Source: Flavobacteriales bacterium
Lineage (GTDB): Bacteria; Bacteroidota; Bacteroidia; Flavobacteriales; BACL11
Length of the DNA stretch: 58,434 nucleotides
Assembly (NCBI GenBank): GCA_036012565.1
Contig: DASCPP010000111.1
Coordinates: forward strand, 1 to 58,434
Direction: 5' to 3'
Below are positions 27,460 through 36,530 of this stretch, piece after piece. Both the position numbers and the translations under genes were made by a program. The notes beneath the pieces were generated by a model. It searched no databases, was not told the DNA's origin, and saw only the letters and a program-made list of their open reading frames with translations. Numbering within the stretch: position 1 is the first letter of the stretch; each line of letters opens with the position of its first letter.

Positions 27460-27596
27460 GCAAGGTCTTTTAGAAAATGAGGGTGTTGAAATTAAAAACA
27501 ACCAAATTGTTGATTTGAAAAAATACGTGTGGGAGCCAAAAAATGCTTTGTAGTTTTTGTATCTAAAATTATAGCATTATCAGATTTTCACATTGT

Positions 27597-27612
27597 TACA
27601 TTAGTACATTAG
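27597..27612 (+). repeat. Tandem octamer TACATTAG x2, with a third degenerate copy upstream
   Basis: TACATTAG at 27597-27604 and again at 27605-27612, preceded by CACATTGT. The repeat ends 28 nt upstream of the mrp ATG. Confidence 0.5.
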
Positions 27613-27640
27613 TTGTATCTTTGTATGCTTAAATTTTACA

Positions 27641-28762
27641 ATGAAGCTAACTAAACAGCAAATAGAACAGGCCCTATCACACATTACACTACCTAATGAA
27701 GAGCAAAATATTATTGAAAGTGGTGCTATAAAAAACATTCAGATTTTTGGAAAAGATGTAGAGCTAGATGTAGAGATTCAAAATCCTACTTTGCAATACA
27801 AGAAAAAAGTAGAAGTAGATTGCATGAAAGCGATACACGATTATGCTTATGAAAAATCAGCTGTAAGAGTGAATTTGATTATTAACTCTCCTGAAAAAGC
27901 AACTCAAATAAAGGGTAATGCCATTCCTAATGTAAAAAACATTATTGCAGTTTCTTCCGGAAAAGGTGGGGTTGGGAAATCAACTATTACAGCAAATTTG
28001 GCTGTCGGATTGGCTCAACTTGGGAATAAAGTTGGGATTGTAGATGCAGATATTTACGGACCATCTATGCCCATGATGTTTGATTTAGAAGGGGCTGTTC
28101 CACAAGGAATTGATGTAGATGGAAGAACAAAAATGAAGCCAATTGAGAGCTATGGCGTAAGATTACTTTCTATTGGTTTTTTCGCACAAGCTCAGCAAGC
28201 AGTAGTTTGGAGAGGGCCAATGGCATCAAAAGCATTAAATCAACTTATTTGGGATGGACATTGGAGAGAGCTGGATTATCTAATTATTGATTTGCCACCG
28301 GGAACAGGTGATATACATTTGTCTTTGGTGCAATCTATTCCTTTAACCGGGGCAATTGTAGTTAGTACACCTCAGCCTATTGCTTTGGCTGATGCCAGAA
28401 AAGGGGTTGACATGTTCAAGATGGAAAGCATTAATGTTCCCGTTCTTGGAATTATTGAAAATATGGCCTATTTCTCTCCTGAGGACATGCCAGACAAAAA
28501 ATATTATATCTTTGGAAAAGAAGGAGCAAAAGAATTGGCCGAGCAAATGGATATTAAATTATTGGCAGAAATACCAATTGTACAATCGGTAAGAGAGGCG
28601 GCAGATGCAGGCAGACCAGCTATTTTACAAAACGATACTTCAATTGCAAAATCATTTATAACTTTGGCAAAAAATGTAATTGCTGTAATTGAGAAAAGAA
28701 ATACTAACATTAAACCAACTCAGGTAGTTAAAACAACCCATTCAAAGGGTTGTTCAAATTAA
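27641..28762 (+). CDS. Mrp/NBP35/ApbC-family Fe-S cluster carrier ATPase
   Basis: Deviant Walker A SSGKGGVGKST, an N-terminal DUF59-like domain and a CxxC-less Bacteroidetes-type C-terminus. Length 373 aa. Confidence 0.9.
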   Translation: MKLTKQQIEQALSHITLPNEEQNIIESGAIKNIQIFGKDVELDVEIQNPTLQYKKKVEVDCMKAIHDYAYEKSAVRVNLIINSPEKATQIKGNAIPNVKNIIAVSSGKGGVGKSTITANLAVGLAQLGNKVGIVDADIYGPSMPMMFDLEGAVPQGIDVDGRTKMKPIESYGVRLLSIGFFAQAQQAVVWRGPMASKALNQLIWDGHWRELDYLIIDLPPGTGDIHLSLVQSIPLTGAIVVSTPQPIALADARKGVDMFKMESINVPVLGIIENMAYFSPEDMPDKKYYIFGKEGAKELAEQMDIKLLAEIPIVQSVREAADAGRPAILQNDTSIAKSFITLAKNVIAVIEKRNTNIKPTQVVKTTHSKGCSN

Positions 28763-28772
28763 AAGGGAAATT

Positions 28773-29027
28773 ATGGGAATAATTACAGATAGGGAATTAC
28801 TTAGTAAAATTGAAGGAGCATTAGATGAGGTTCGCCCTTACTTAGAAGCTGATGGTGGGGATATTAATTTGGTTGAGGTTACTAATGACATGGTGGTAAA
28901 AGTGAAACTTATGGGAGCTTGTAGTAGTTGTAATGTGAGTATGATGACCATGAAATCTGGAGTGGAGCAAGCAATAAAACGAGCTGTTCCAGAAATAAAA
29001 GAAGTAATAGATATTACTAGTTTATAG
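28773..29027 (+). CDS. NifU-domain Fe-S cluster protein
   Basis: 84 aa. Motifs ADGGDI and GACSSC, typical of the NifU C-terminal domain. Confidence 0.85.
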   Translation: MGIITDRELLSKIEGALDEVRPYLEADGGDINLVEVTNDMVVKVKLMGACSSCNVSMMTMKSGVEQAIKRAVPEIKEVIDITSL

Positions 29028-29029
29028 TA

Positions 29030-29845
29030 TTATCTTAATTTTTCAGGGATACTACAAACTGGAATTTCCTTCATTTTATGCGAATTAACTTCTCGGAGGC
29101 TTTTATAAATAGCCAAAACTTCTTTCTCTCTTGCAGTAATGTTATTGTTGTTTTCTGAATAACGCATGGCCCATTCCAGTTCTGGATAAGTAGCGCCAAT
29201 TTGATCTTCATCCGTTCTGTCATCATTCCAAAGCCCATCAGTTGGACGAGCAGCTTGTATGTCCTCAATAATATTTAACTTTTTCCCCAATGTAAAAATT
29301 TCCGATTTTGTTAAATCGGCAATAGGGCTCAGATCTACTCCTCCATCTCCATATTTTGTAAAAAATCCAATTCCGAAATCTTCTACTTTATTGCCAGTTC
29401 CAAGCACCAAATAATTATTTAGTTGAGCAAAATAATAAAGAGTAGTCATTCTGATTCTTGCGCGAGTATTAATAAGTGCTCTTTCTGCCGTTTCTTCTGT
29501 TTTGATTTCAGGCATTAGTTTTATAAATGAATCAAAAATGGCGGTAAGATCTGTTTCAATTGCACTTATATTAGGATACTCTTTTTGTAACCAATTTACA
29601 TGTTTATTTGCCCTTTCTACTTGTGCGGCACTTTGGTGTATTGGCATTTCAACACATAGTATTGGAAGGTTAGTTTTTGCTCCTAATACGGAAGTTACAG
29701 CAGAATCAATCCCCCCTGAAATACCAATTACAAACCCTTTTGTTTTCGATAAGTTAGAATATTGTTTGAGCCAGCTAACAATATGTTTGATTATTTTTTC
29801 TTCTTTCACAAAATATGTTTTCGCAAAAGTAATTATTGTTTTCAT
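29030..29845 (-). CDS. nadE: NH3-dependent NAD+ synthetase
   Basis: PP-loop SGGIDS. Start at the ATG at 29845, because the longer ORF to 29947 overlaps gldB. Confidence 0.9.
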   Translation of the reverse strand: MKTIITFAKTYFVKEEKIIKHIVSWLKQYSNLSKTKGFVIGISGGIDSAVTSVLGAKTNLPILCVEMPIHQSAAQVERANKHVNWLQKEYPNISAIETDLTAIFDSFIKLMPEIKTEETAERALINTRARIRMTTLYYFAQLNNYLVLGTGNKVEDFGIGFFTKYGDGGVDLSPIADLTKSEIFTLGKKLNIIEDIQAARPTDGLWNDDRTDEDQIGATYPELEWAMRYSENNNNITAREKEVLAIYKSLREVNSHKMKEIPVCSIPEKLR

Positions 29846-29863
29846 TAAAACTAAATAGATTCT

Positions 29864-29871
29864 TAATTTTG
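29864..29871 (+). promoter_or_regulatory. Bacteroidetes-type -7 promoter box for gldB-gldC
   Basis: TAATTTTG, followed by 5 nt and the ATG at 29877. Confidence 0.6.
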
Positions 29872-29876
29872 CAAAT

Positions 29877-30875
29877 ATGAAAGCATTCAAATTATTCTTT
29901 TCCTTATTTGTTATAGCGCTTTGTATTTTTATTTTCAGAAACAACAATGCTGATAAAACGACAAAGAAAGAAGTAAATATTTACCGATTTGAGCAAACTC
30001 TTTTCACTACCGATAGCATTAAAATAGAGGGGGATATTTTGGAGTGGGAAAAACAATTAGGTTCTTTTTTCGAGAGTTTTAATTCTGAAATTTTAAGAAC
30101 AAGGTCTAGGCAAGAAAATTATAAAGATGATATCTTGCAATTTGTTTCTCATCCGGATATGCGAGAAGCATACGATACACTTATGCAAAAATATCCTGAT
30201 ATAGCGTTTTTGGAAAGGGATTTAGCAAAAGCTTTTGGCAGATACAAATTACATTTTCCTGAAAAGCAACCCCCAACTATAATCACTTATTTTAGTGGCT
30301 TCAATTTTGGAGTAGTAACTAATGATACTATTCTCGCTATTGGGTTAGATTATTTTCTGGGTAAAGATTGTAGTTTTTATAAGCGCCTTAATTTTCCTGA
30401 GTATATGCGTTTTAAAAATCAGAAAAAGTTTATTCTGCCCTATTGCTTTGAAGCAATCGCTAATAATGAGTTTGGTATTTTTGATAGTGGAAATGATTTT
30501 TTATCTCATATGATTTATAAAGGGAAAATCATGTATTTTATTAACGAAATCGTACCACATATTTCTGATGAAGATAAACTCAGATTCAGTAAAAAACAAA
30601 TTGTTTGGTGTGAGGATAATGAGCAATCTATTTGGGCTTATTTTATTCAAAACGACATTCTTTTTTCTACCGATATGAAGCAGTATAATAGTTACATCAA
30701 TTATTCGCCTTTTGCAAAAGGAATGTTAAACAAATCTCCCGGAAGAATTGCCTATTGGCTAGGATGGAAAATTGTGAACGAATATATGGAAAACAATACG
30801 AGCGTTACTTTAATAGAATTAATGCAAAACACAAAGCCCCAAGAAATTTTACAACAATCGGGCTACAAACCCTAA
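29877..30875 (+). CDS. gldB: Gliding motility lipoprotein GldB
   Basis: 332 aa with a hydrophobic leader containing Cys. Lies divergent from nadE and directly upstream of a gldC-like gene, matching the known Flavobacterium arrangement. Confidence 0.72.
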   Translation: MKAFKLFFSLFVIALCIFIFRNNNADKTTKKEVNIYRFEQTLFTTDSIKIEGDILEWEKQLGSFFESFNSEILRTRSRQENYKDDILQFVSHPDMREAYDTLMQKYPDIAFLERDLAKAFGRYKLHFPEKQPPTIITYFSGFNFGVVTNDTILAIGLDYFLGKDCSFYKRLNFPEYMRFKNQKKFILPYCFEAIANNEFGIFDSGNDFLSHMIYKGKIMYFINEIVPHISDEDKLRFSKKQIVWCEDNEQSIWAYFIQNDILFSTDMKQYNSYINYSPFAKGMLNKSPGRIAYWLGWKIVNEYMENNTSVTLIELMQNTKPQEILQQSGYKP

Positions 30876-30881
30876 AGAATA

Positions 30882-31220
30882 ATGATGAAAAAATCAAAAA
30901 TTAGTTTCGAAATTGATCTAAACGAAAACAACATTCCGCAAAATATTCAGATGAGCAGTACAGATGGACAGTTAAAAAAGGGAGATGTAAAATCTATTTT
31001 AATTTCTGCTTGGGATAAAAAAACAAATGAAACTTTGCGCATTGATCTTTGGACAAAGGATATGATGGTAAGTGAGATGCTTATCATGTATCATCAAACT
31101 TTGCTTTCCATGGCAAGTTCATTAGAAAAAGCTACTAATGAAACCAATTTAGCAGATGCACTAAGAGATTATTGTGCATTTTTTGGGGAGAAGTCAGGAA
31201 TAATAAAAGCTAAGAAGTAA
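30882..31220 (+). CDS. gldC: Gliding motility protein GldC
   Basis: 112-aa soluble protein ([23 protein letters not shown]...) immediately after gldB. Confidence 0.7.
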   Translation: MMKKSKISFEIDLNENNIPQNIQMSSTDGQLKKGDVKSILISAWDKKTNETLRIDLWTKDMMVSEMLIMYHQTLLSMASSLEKATNETNLADALRDYCAFFGEKSGIIKAKK

Positions 31221-31812
31221 AAAGAAGATTCGTCTTTTCGATAAAGTCAAGAATTTCTTTACTTCCTTTTCTTTTAGGTACTGACGCGAAAAAAGTTTGA
31301 GGTATTTCTTCCCATTGTTTTAGCATCTCAGTTTTGTAATTTTCTATATTTTTTTTAAGTTCAGTCTTGCCTAATTTATCAATTTTTGTAAAAATCATAA
31401 GAAAGGGTATTTGCTTTTCGCCCAACCACTTCATAAATTCCAAATCAATCTTTTGGGGCTTGTGTCTGCAATCCAGAAGCACAAAAAGACACATTAAATT
31501 CTCTCTGTTTTCTAAATAACTAAAAATAATTTTTTGAAATTCTTGCTTTTGTGTTTTAGAAACGGTAGCATAGCCATAACCAGGCAAATCCACCAAATAC
31601 CACTCCTTATTGATTAAAAAATGATTAATAAGCTGTGTTTTTCCGGGCTTTCCTGAAATTTTTGCAAGCTGTTTTTTATTTGTAATAAGATTGATAAGAG
31701 ATGATTTTCCGACATTCGATCTGCCAATAAAAGCATACTCTGGCATATCTGCTTTTGGGCAAAGGGTATAATCCGTATTACTGATAATAAAATCGGAACT
31801 TTTTATCTGCAT
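31210..31812 (-). CDS. engB: Ribosome biogenesis GTPase EngB/YsxC
   Basis: G1 [13 protein letters not shown]3 DLPGYG, G4 TKIDK. Its 3' end overlaps the gldC 3' end by 11 nt (convergent genes). Confidence 0.92.
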   Translation of the reverse strand: MQIKSSDFIISNTDYTLCPKADMPEYAFIGRSNVGKSSLINLITNKKQLAKISGKPGKTQLINHFLINKEWYLVDLPGYGYATVSKTQKQEFQKIIFSYLENRENLMCLFVLLDCRHKPQKIDLEFMKWLGEKQIPFLMIFTKIDKLGKTELKKNIENYKTEMLKQWEEIPQTFFASVPKRKGSKEILDFIEKTNLLFTS

Positions 31813-31821
31813 CACAAAATT

Positions 31822-32574
31822 TTAGAAATGATTACCCAGCCAATCAATGGTAATTTTGCTAAACTTTTCAGGGTGTTCCCACATTGGCGAATGCCCACAT
31901 TTGTCAATCCATAAAAGTTCGGAATTAGGGAAAAGACTATGAAATTCCTCCGCAACATGTGGGGGGGTTACCTTGTCTTGCTTTCCCCAAATAAGGCAAA
32001 CAGGCATTGTAAAGCGAGGTATATCTTTCGCCATATTGTGCCGTATTGCAGATTTTGCAAAAGCAAGCAAACGGATAACAGAAGCTCTTTTATTAGCAAT
32101 ATCAAATACTTTATCTACTAATTCTTTGGTGGCAGTTTTTGGATTGTAAAAGACCTCTTCTGTTTTTACTTTTATGTAATCATAATCTCCTCTTCTTGGA
32201 AAAGTATCTCCCATTGCGTTTTCATACAAACCAGAACTTCCAGTTAGCACCATGCCTTCTACTTTTTCCGGGTATTTTTTAGAAAAAACAAGGGCAATAT
32301 GTCCTCCCAGTGAATTTCCAACTAGTACAGCTCTCTCTAATTTTTTATGCCTCATGAAATCATTAAGATATTCTGCTAAATACTTTATAGAAGTTTTAAG
32401 TAAGGGAACTTCAAAAAGTTTCAAATCAGGTGCAAGTACTTTGAATCCGGCATTAGCCACAATATCAACCATGCTCCCAAAATTATCTACCCCTCCCATA
32501 AGGCCGTGTAATAAAATTAGAGGGGCTCCTTCCCCTTTTTCAATATATGTAAATTTTCCCTCTTTTTTTATCAT
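31822..32574 (-). CDS. Alpha/beta-fold hydrolase
   Basis: HGLMGG oxyanion region, nucleophile elbow GNSLGG and C-terminal CGHSPMWE. Length 250 aa. Confidence 0.85.
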   Translation of the reverse strand: MIKKEGKFTYIEKGEGAPLILLHGLMGGVDNFGSMVDIVANAGFKVLAPDLKLFEVPLLKTSIKYLAEYLNDFMRHKKLERAVLVGNSLGGHIALVFSKKYPEKVEGMVLTGSSGLYENAMGDTFPRRGDYDYIKVKTEEVFYNPKTATKELVDKVFDIANKRASVIRLLAFAKSAIRHNMAKDIPRFTMPVCLIWGKQDKVTPPHVAEEFHSLFPNSELLWIDKCGHSPMWEHPEKFSKITIDWLGNHF

Positions 32575-32690
32575 CTAATTCTTTTTCAGCAGTTGCAAAG
32601 TAAACAAATTTTATTTGATAGGAGTAGAGAATATTCATTCTTCTGAATACCATCTGAAAAACACAGAAAATGGATAAAGTTTTCAACAAA

Positions 32691-32715
32691 GTGGTAAAAT
32701 GTGGTAAAATGTGGG
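32691..32715 (+). promoter_or_regulatory. Candidate MraZ operator: three direct GTGG(T/G) repeats with a 10-bp period
   Basis: GTGGTAAAAT GTGGTAAAAT GTGGG. The array ends 37 nt upstream of the mraZ GTG start (32753). Confidence 0.7.
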
Positions 32716-32752
32716 GCATTTATAATATATTTACACCCATTAAAGAAGAAAA

Positions 32753-33232
32753 GTGATTAATCTGATAGGAACATATGAATGTAAGTCTGATGCAAAAGGT
32801 CGTATCATGCTTCCCTCCGCTCTAAAAAAACAATTATCTCCTGTGATGCAAGATGGTTTTGTAATAAAAAGAAGCGTTTTTAATAATTGCTTGGAGATGT
32901 ATTCAATGAAAGAATGGAATACAATAGCAGCACAGGTGAATCAATTAAATCGGTTTATAAGGAAGAATATTGATTTTATACGCTCGTATATGTCAGGATT
33001 AAAAATAGTAGAAGCAGATGGAAATGGTAGAATACTTATCCCAAAAAACCTAATTGTTTTTGCTGGAATTGATAAGGAAATTGTGCTAACTGCATCTGTT
33101 AATGTCATTGAGATTTGGGATAAGCAGCAGTATGAAGACACCATAAAATCAACATTGAAAGACTTTGGAAAATTAGCGGAAGAAGTAATGGGGAATCAGT
33201 CACATGTAAAGAGGGAGGATGATGTATCATGA
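32753..33232 (+). CDS. mraZ: Division/cell wall cluster transcriptional regulator MraZ
   Basis: 159 aa. Duplicated SpoVT/AbrB-like halves with DxxGR motifs (DAKGRIMLP, DGNGRILIP). First gene of the dcw cluster. GTG start. Confidence 0.93.
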   Translation: MINLIGTYECKSDAKGRIMLPSALKKQLSPVMQDGFVIKRSVFNNCLEMYSMKEWNTIAAQVNQLNRFIRKNIDFIRSYMSGLKIVEADGNGRILIPKNLIVFAGIDKEIVLTASVNVIEIWDKQQYEDTIKSTLKDFGKLAEEVMGNQSHVKREDDVS

Positions 33233-34115
33233 GCCGGTTTTGCTAAGTGAGAGTGTGGAGGGGCTTAGTATAAATCCCAACGGAATTTATATAGATGTAA
33301 CATTTGGCGGGGGTGGACATTCGAGAGAGATTTTAAAAAATATTAGCACAGGAAAGTTGTATGCTTTTGATCAAGATACAGATACTAACAATAATATTTT
33401 AGAAAATAATAATTTTAAATTATTGAATACTAATTTCAGAAACATTAAAAACTTTTTAAGATTGGAGGGAGTAAATAAAATTGATGGATTGTTGGCGGAC
33501 TTAGGTGTTTCTTCTCATCAATTTGATATTTCAGAAAGAGGATTCTCCACTCGATTTTCAGGACCATTGGATATGCGTATGAATCTCAATTCTGAATTGG
33601 ATGCCAAGCATATCATTAATAATTATTCAGAAGAAGATTTGGCAAAAGTATTTTTCGGATATGGTGAACTTAGAGAATCAAGAAAAATTGCCAAAACAAT
33701 TATTACAGCTAGGAAGGAGAAACAGATTCTAACCACTAATCAGCTTTTAGATTGCATGCAGCATTTAACCATTGAGAGAAAAAGAAATCATTTTTTTTCG
33801 AGAGTTTTCCAATCCATACGAATTGAGGTAAATGATGAAATAGGAGCATTAAAAGCAATGCTAAATGCAGCAACTGACTTATTAAAAGTTGGCGGTAGAT
33901 TATCGGTAATCTCCTACCATTCATTGGAAGATAGATTGGTAAAGAATTTGGTAAAAAAAGGAAATATAGAAGGAAATCTGCAAAAAGATTTTTACGGAAA
34001 TCCTTTCAAAAAATTTAAAGAAATCAGTAAAAAAGTAATTATTCCTTCTGAAAAGGAAATAAAGAACAACTCAAGAGCAAGAAGTGCAAAGCTAAGGATT
34101 GCTGAAAAAATATAG
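33219..34115 (+). CDS. rsmH: 16S rRNA (cytosine1402-N4)-methyltransferase
   Basis: Motifs HEPVLL, DVTFGGGGHS, DLGVSSHQ, SYHSLEDR. Confidence 0.95.
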   Translation: MMYHEPVLLSESVEGLSINPNGIYIDVTFGGGGHSREILKNISTGKLYAFDQDTDTNNNILENNNFKLLNTNFRNIKNFLRLEGVNKIDGLLADLGVSSHQFDISERGFSTRFSGPLDMRMNLNSELDAKHIINNYSEEDLAKVFFGYGELRESRKIAKTIITARKEKQILTTNQLLDCMQHLTIERKRNHFFSRVFQSIRIEVNDEIGALKAMLNAATDLLKVGGRLSVISYHSLEDRLVKNLVKKGNIEGNLQKDFYGNPFKKFKEISKKVIIPSEKEIKNNSRARSAKLRIAEKI

Positions 34116-34116
34116 A

Positions 34117-34446
34117 ATGAGAAGTAAAAAAGCGCAAGAGCAAAATATTATTACCCAAATAATCAGAGGAGATTTTCTTTCTAAGAAGGAGAATCAGGAA
34201 CACCTACCATTTATCCTATTTGTTGTGCTTTTAATCATCATCAATATTACCCTTTACTACAATGCTGAGCATATCGCCAGAAATATTGATAAAGCAGAAA
34301 AAGAGCTATATGAATTGCGAGTGGAATACATTACTACAAAGTCGGAATTGATGGGTAAATACAAAAGATCAACAATTGAAAATACAGTGGTAAGTATGAG
34401 TTTAAAATCATCACTAATAGCTCCAAATATTATTGAAGAAAACTAA
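34117..34446 (+). CDS. FtsL-like cell division protein (Bacteroidetes type)
   Basis: About 109 aa with a single TM helix (LPFILFVVLLIIINITLYY) followed by a coiled coil. Positioned between rsmH and ftsI. ATG at 34117 preferred over the TTG at 34099. Confidence 0.7.
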   Translation: MRSKKAQEQNIITQIIRGDFLSKKENQEHLPFILFVVLLIIINITLYYNAEHIARNIDKAEKELYELRVEYITTKSELMGKYKRSTIENTVVSMSLKSSLIAPNIIEEN

Positions 34447-36530
34447 TGAATAAACAGAAAGGGAATATAAACTGGCGATTGATTTTTTTGTATTTTTTTA
34501 TGATTCTTTTTGCAGTTATCATTTTATCTCATGTTTTTGTAATTCAACAATTAAAAGAATCATTTAGTCAGAACCAACCCGAGTTTATAACGGTTGAGGC
34601 GCCAAGAGGAAATATTTTCTCTGATGATGGAAGTCTGCTTGCGATATCTATGCCTCTTTATGATGTGCATATTGATTTTCAAACAATAGATAATGACACT
34701 TTTCGCAAGTACATTTCTGCCTTAGCTAAGAAATTGGAAAACTTATTTAACGATAAAACTGCTTTGTCTTATGAAATTGGGTTTCGAAATGCAAAAAAGA
34801 ACAATGAAAGATATTATTTTCTTAAAAAAGAAATGACTTACAATAAAGTAAAACAATTAAAATCTTTTCCAATTTTTAAGATGGGTCAATTTAAAGGAGG
34901 GCTAATTTGTGAGAGAAAAGAAAATAGAGAAATACCATTTCAACTGTTAGCAAAACGAACAATAGGATATGAAAGACAGGGGATAAAGCCAATAGGAATT
35001 GAAGGAGCTTATAACCAAATTTTGAAAGGGGAAAACGGTAAAAAGTTAGTACAAAAAATTTCTAAAAAGGTTTTGATGCCAATCAATTCTAATGCGAATG
35101 TATTGCCAAAAGCCGGAGATGATGTAATAAGCACTATCAATATTGATTTGCAGGATGTTACTGAACAGGCATTAATAAATGCACTTGAGAAACATAAAGC
35201 AGAATTTGGTTGTGTGGCTGTGATGGAGGTGAAAACAGGAAAAATAAAAGCAATTGCTAACCTCAGAAGAATAGAAGAAGGATTGTTTATTGAAGATTAC
35301 AACTATGCGATAGGGGAACATTCCGAGCCTGGCTCTACCTTCAAATTGGCTTCTATTTTGGCTGGATTGGAAGATGGATTTTTCAAGTTATCAGATAGTG
35401 TAGATACCGAAAATGGCAGGTGTAAATTTTTTGACAGAACTATGATTGATTCCAGAAAAGAGGGTTACGGGAAAATAACAATTGGGGAAGCTTTTGTAGT
35501 ATCATCAAATGTTGGAATCTCCAAAGTTATAAATAATGCTTATGCCAAACAACCAGAAAAATTTGTGGATAGGTTATACAAATTTCAACTAAACACTCCG
35601 CTTAATATTGAGATTTCAACTCCAGAAAATCCTAAAATAAAAACACCAAAAAGTCTTGATTGGTCAGGCACCACTTTGCCTTGGATGTCCATTGGTTATG
35701 AAGTGAGTTTGACACCGCTTCATCTGCTGACATTTTATAATGCAATAGCAAATAAAGGGCGAATGGTAAAACCACTTTTTGTAAGCGGCTTTAAAAGAAA
35801 TGGAAAATTTATTGAAGTAAATAATACAGAAGTTATCAATCCTGCAATTTGTGCCAGAACAAATATCGAGCAAATTATCCCCTTAATGATACAAGTAGTG
35901 GAGAGAGGGACAGCAAAAAACATAAAAAGCAAACAGTATAGTATTGCCGGAAAAACGGGTACTTGTCAGCTTAATTATTGGAAAAGAGAAAAAGGAGAGA
36001 AAAAAAGCTATCAGGCATCTTTTGCAGGATTTTTTCCAGCAGATAACCCAAAATATTCATGTATTGTAGTGATAAGTAACCCGACAGAAAACGGCTTTTA
36101 TGGTGCAAAAGTGGCAGCACCCGTATTTAAGAAAATTGCAGATAAAGTTTTTGCATCTGACTTGGAATTGCATAAAGTGTTTACAGCCCAAAAAAACACA
36201 AGTTCGCCTTATACCAAAAACGGAAACAATTATGATGCACAAGTTGTTTTAAGCGAGCTAAATATCTCTTTCCAAGCTGATAAAACCAATTGGATAATTG
36301 CTAGTGCTAAGCAAGATATTATTGAGCTAAAAACACGGAAAATAGAAGAAGATTTAAAAGATGGCTTTATTCCTGAATTAAGAGGAATGGGGATTCAGGA
36401 TGTGCTTTTTCTTTTGGAAAACAATGGGCTTAGAGTTCATTTTTCAGGGAAAGGAACAATAAAAAATCAAAGTTTAAAAAAAGGGAAACGATTTAAAAAT
36501 GGAAGTGAAATAATTTTGGAATTAGCATGA
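34446..36530 (+). CDS. ftsI: Penicillin-binding protein 3 (FtsI transpeptidase) with a C-terminal PASTA-like domain
   Basis: Motifs STFK (GSTFKLAS), SSN (VVSSNVG) and KTGT (GKTGTCQ), with an N-terminal TM anchor. The C-terminus IPELRGMGIQDVLFLLENNGLRVHFSGKGTIKNQSLKKG..IILEL is PASTA-like. Confidence 0.92.
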   Translation: MNKQKGNINWRLIFLYFFMILFAVIILSHVFVIQQLKESFSQNQPEFITVEAPRGNIFSDDGSLLAISMPLYDVHIDFQTIDNDTFRKYISALAKKLENLFNDKTALSYEIGFRNAKKNNERYYFLKKEMTYNKVKQLKSFPIFKMGQFKGGLICERKENREIPFQLLAKRTIGYERQGIKPIGIEGAYNQILKGENGKKLVQKISKKVLMPINSNANVLPKAGDDVISTINIDLQDVTEQALINALEKHKAEFGCVAVMEVKTGKIKAIANLRRIEEGLFIEDYNYAIGEHSEPGSTFKLASILAGLEDGFFKLSDSVDTENGRCKFFDRTMIDSRKEGYGKITIGEAFVVSSNVGISKVINNAYAKQPEKFVDRLYKFQLNTPLNIEISTPENPKIKTPKSLDWSGTTLPWMSIGYEVSLTPLHLLTFYNAIANKGRMVKPLFVSGFKRNGKFIEVNNTEVINPAICARTNIEQIIPLMIQVVERGTAKNIKSKQYSIAGKTGTCQLNYWKREKGEKKSYQASFAGFFPADNPKYSCIVVISNPTENGFYGAKVAAPVFKKIADKVFASDLELHKVFTAQKNTSSPYTKNGNNYDAQVVLSELNISFQADKTNWIIASAKQDIIELKTRKIEEDLKDGFIPELRGMGIQDVLFLLENNGLRVHFSGKGTIKNQSLKKGKRFKNGSEIILELA

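Noticed and set aside
29846-29947. An N-terminal 34-aa extension of the nadE ORF.
   Set aside because: It overlaps the gldB start and its -7 box. The ATG at 29845 gives a normal NadE N-terminus.
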